From positions 64,001-128,000 of the IMG/VR virus record IMGVR_UViG_3300042922_000265: a stretch of 64,000 bases of DNA; one strand, 5' to 3'. The DNA is from a virus. Both the position numbers and the translations under genes were made by a program. Of the stretch, positions 62,574-64,000 are shown piece after piece. The first letter of the stretch is position 1, and the number at the start of each line of letters is the position of its first letter. The notes beneath the pieces were generated by a model. The model did no database searches and was not told where the DNA came from. It saw only the letters and a list, made by a program, of their open reading frames with translations.

Positions 62574-63736
62574 GATGCCTCCATCCAATCTGCCAGGTGA
62601 GAGATGACGTCCTCGTGGGTCAGTTTGCCCTCATCCAGCCGCAGCTCCCAGAGGAAACGCAACGCCTCGCCCACGCGCGGACCCTTGGAGAGGCCGGTCA
62701 AATCCATCACCTCGGCACCGGACAGGAAGGGCTCGGGATGACCCTCGGCCTCCAGTAGCGTCTCGATGCGACCGGAGAGGATGTCATCACCCAGCAGTTC
62801 CTCCAGCTGAGGCAGTAGGTCACCAGAGATGGCAACCACTCGCCGCACCATAGGCCAGGTCCATTCCGACACCTCCTGGAATCGCTGCACCCAGGTCACC
62901 AGGTTGGTGACGGAACGCTGACGCTCAACGCTCATCCTGAAGCGCTTGGTGATGTCGGTGACCTTGTGCGGGTCCACCTCCAGCAGCAGGTCCGCCCACG
63001 CGGACTCCAGAGTGGCGCGCTGCTTGATCGACGGCGCGGCGATCAGCTCGGGCAGGATCTCCTTGAGCAGGCCGGTGTGCAGCATCTCCGACAGCCCCCG
63101 GAACGGGTCCGGGCTCATCAGCATCCGATCCATCTCCACAGCCTTGCGCTCAGCACTGACCATGTGGATCAGCTCACGGTTGGCCGCGATGGCCAGCTTC
63201 TCCGCGTCACCGACCTTGAAGCCCAGCTGAGCAGCGAAGCGCACTGCGCGCATCATCCGCAGCGGGTCGTCGGTGAAGGTCTTGACCGGGTCCATCGGCG
63301 TCTTGAGCAGCCCCAGGGACAGGGCGGTCTTGCCGTTGAACGGGTCGATGACGTGGTCGTTGAGGCCGAGCTGAGTAACCTGCATGGCCATCGCGTTGAT
63401 GGTGAAGTCGCGGCGCTGCAGATCCTCCTCCAGGACCTCGGTGAACGCCACCTCCGGCTTGCGGCCCGGACCGTCGGTGCGCATCGTGGTGATCTCCACA
63501 TCGAATCCGTCACGGCGCGCGGCGATGGTTCCGAACCGGGCACCGACGTCCCAGATGGCGTCAGCCCACGAGGCCAAGATCGCCTGGATCTCATCCGGCT
63601 TGGCCGTGGTGGTGAAGTCCCAGTCCTTGACCTCGCGGTTCAGGAGTTTGTCCCGGACGCTGCCGCCGACCAGGAAGAGCCGATGGCCCGCCTGATCGAA
63701 CTTCAGCCCGAGGCTGGAGAGAAGTTGGGGGTGCAT
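62570..63736 (-). CDS. cca: tRNA nucleotidyltransferase (CCA-adding enzyme / poly(A) polymerase family)
   Basis: GGSVRD..DWDF, EDLQRRDFTINAMA, DDPLRMMRAVRF. Leaderless ATG 63736 after TTGACC-N18-TAGAAT. Confidence 0.9.
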   Translation of the reverse strand: MHPQLLSSLGLKFDQAGHRLFLVGGSVRDKLLNREVKDWDFTTTAKPDEIQAILASWADAIWDVGARFGTIAARRDGFDVEITTMRTDGPGRKPEVAFTEVLEEDLQRRDFTINAMAMQVTQLGLNDHVIDPFNGKTALSLGLLKTPMDPVKTFTDDPLRMMRAVRFAAQLGFKVGDAEKLAIAANRELIHMVSAERKAVEMDRMLMSPDPFRGLSEMLHTGLLKEILPELIAAPSIKQRATLESAWADLLLEVDPHKVTDITKRFRMSVERQRSVTNLVTWVQRFQEVSEWTWPMVRRVVAISGDLLPQLEELLGDDILSGRIETLLEAEGHPEPFLSGAEVMDLTGLSKGPRVGEALRFLWELRLDEGKLTHEDVISHLADWMEAS

Positions 63737-63769
63737 GAAATCCATTCTAGCCGATAGAGGACTACAGGG

Positions 63770-64000
63770 TCAACTGAGTGCGTCGACCACAGCCTGGGCC
63801 TCGTCGAACGTGTTGACGGTGACCGTGGTCTTCTTGGCCTTGAGCTGGTACTTCATGTCGGTGACGACAAACCGCGTCAGGTAGGCGCGGCCCGACTGCA
63901 CCACGATCTGCTCCACCAAGAAGCGCCCGCTGTTGCTCATCCACTCGCCGGGATAGTCGCCCGTGGGCAGCAGATTGCCCGGACGGGTGGCCTCGCGCTG
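63770..64000 (-). CDS. Hypothetical protein, C-terminal part
   Basis: Open frame from the window edge to TGA 63770. Confidence 0.5.
   Translation of the reverse strand, partial: QREATRPGNLLPTGDYPGEWMSNSGRFLVEQIVVQSGRAYLTRFVVTDMKYQLKAKKTTVTVNTFDEAQAVVDALS

Overview
This is a 64 kb segment of a large, GC-rich actinobacteriophage myovirus, most like mycobacteriophage cluster C (Bxz1/Myrna type). That assignment rests on recalled gene order and protein motifs, not on a database search. Essentially all genes are on the minus strand. In transcription order (high to low coordinate) the window holds four blocks. (1) An early/accessory region of small genes, including a CCA-adding enzyme, Pth2, a DUF2786/HEXXH pair, PnuC-NadR and NrdH. 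(2) Six Ser/Leu tRNAs, followed by a second Pth2 gene and an array of non-canonical tRNA-like RNAs. (3) Head genes: portal, protease/scaffold, decoration protein, major capsid, and very large acidic multi-domain proteins. (4) Collagen/SGNH fibre genes, neck genes, sheath, tube, a frameshifted tail chaperone, tape measure and the start of the baseplate. Most notable: (a) a Pth2-led unit with three co-varying 34-nt CCA-ended minihelices, each placed directly before an aberrant tRNA-like RNA, one of which has a CUA anticodon; (b) two promoter classes visible in the sequence, CCTGY-N22-AANNNGT before mostly virion genes and SigA-like promoters with a TTCTAG spacer box; (c) a recurrent basic-x-Ala/Gly motif that punctuates head proteins carrying enzymatic cargo domains, suggesting protease-processed packaged polyproteins.
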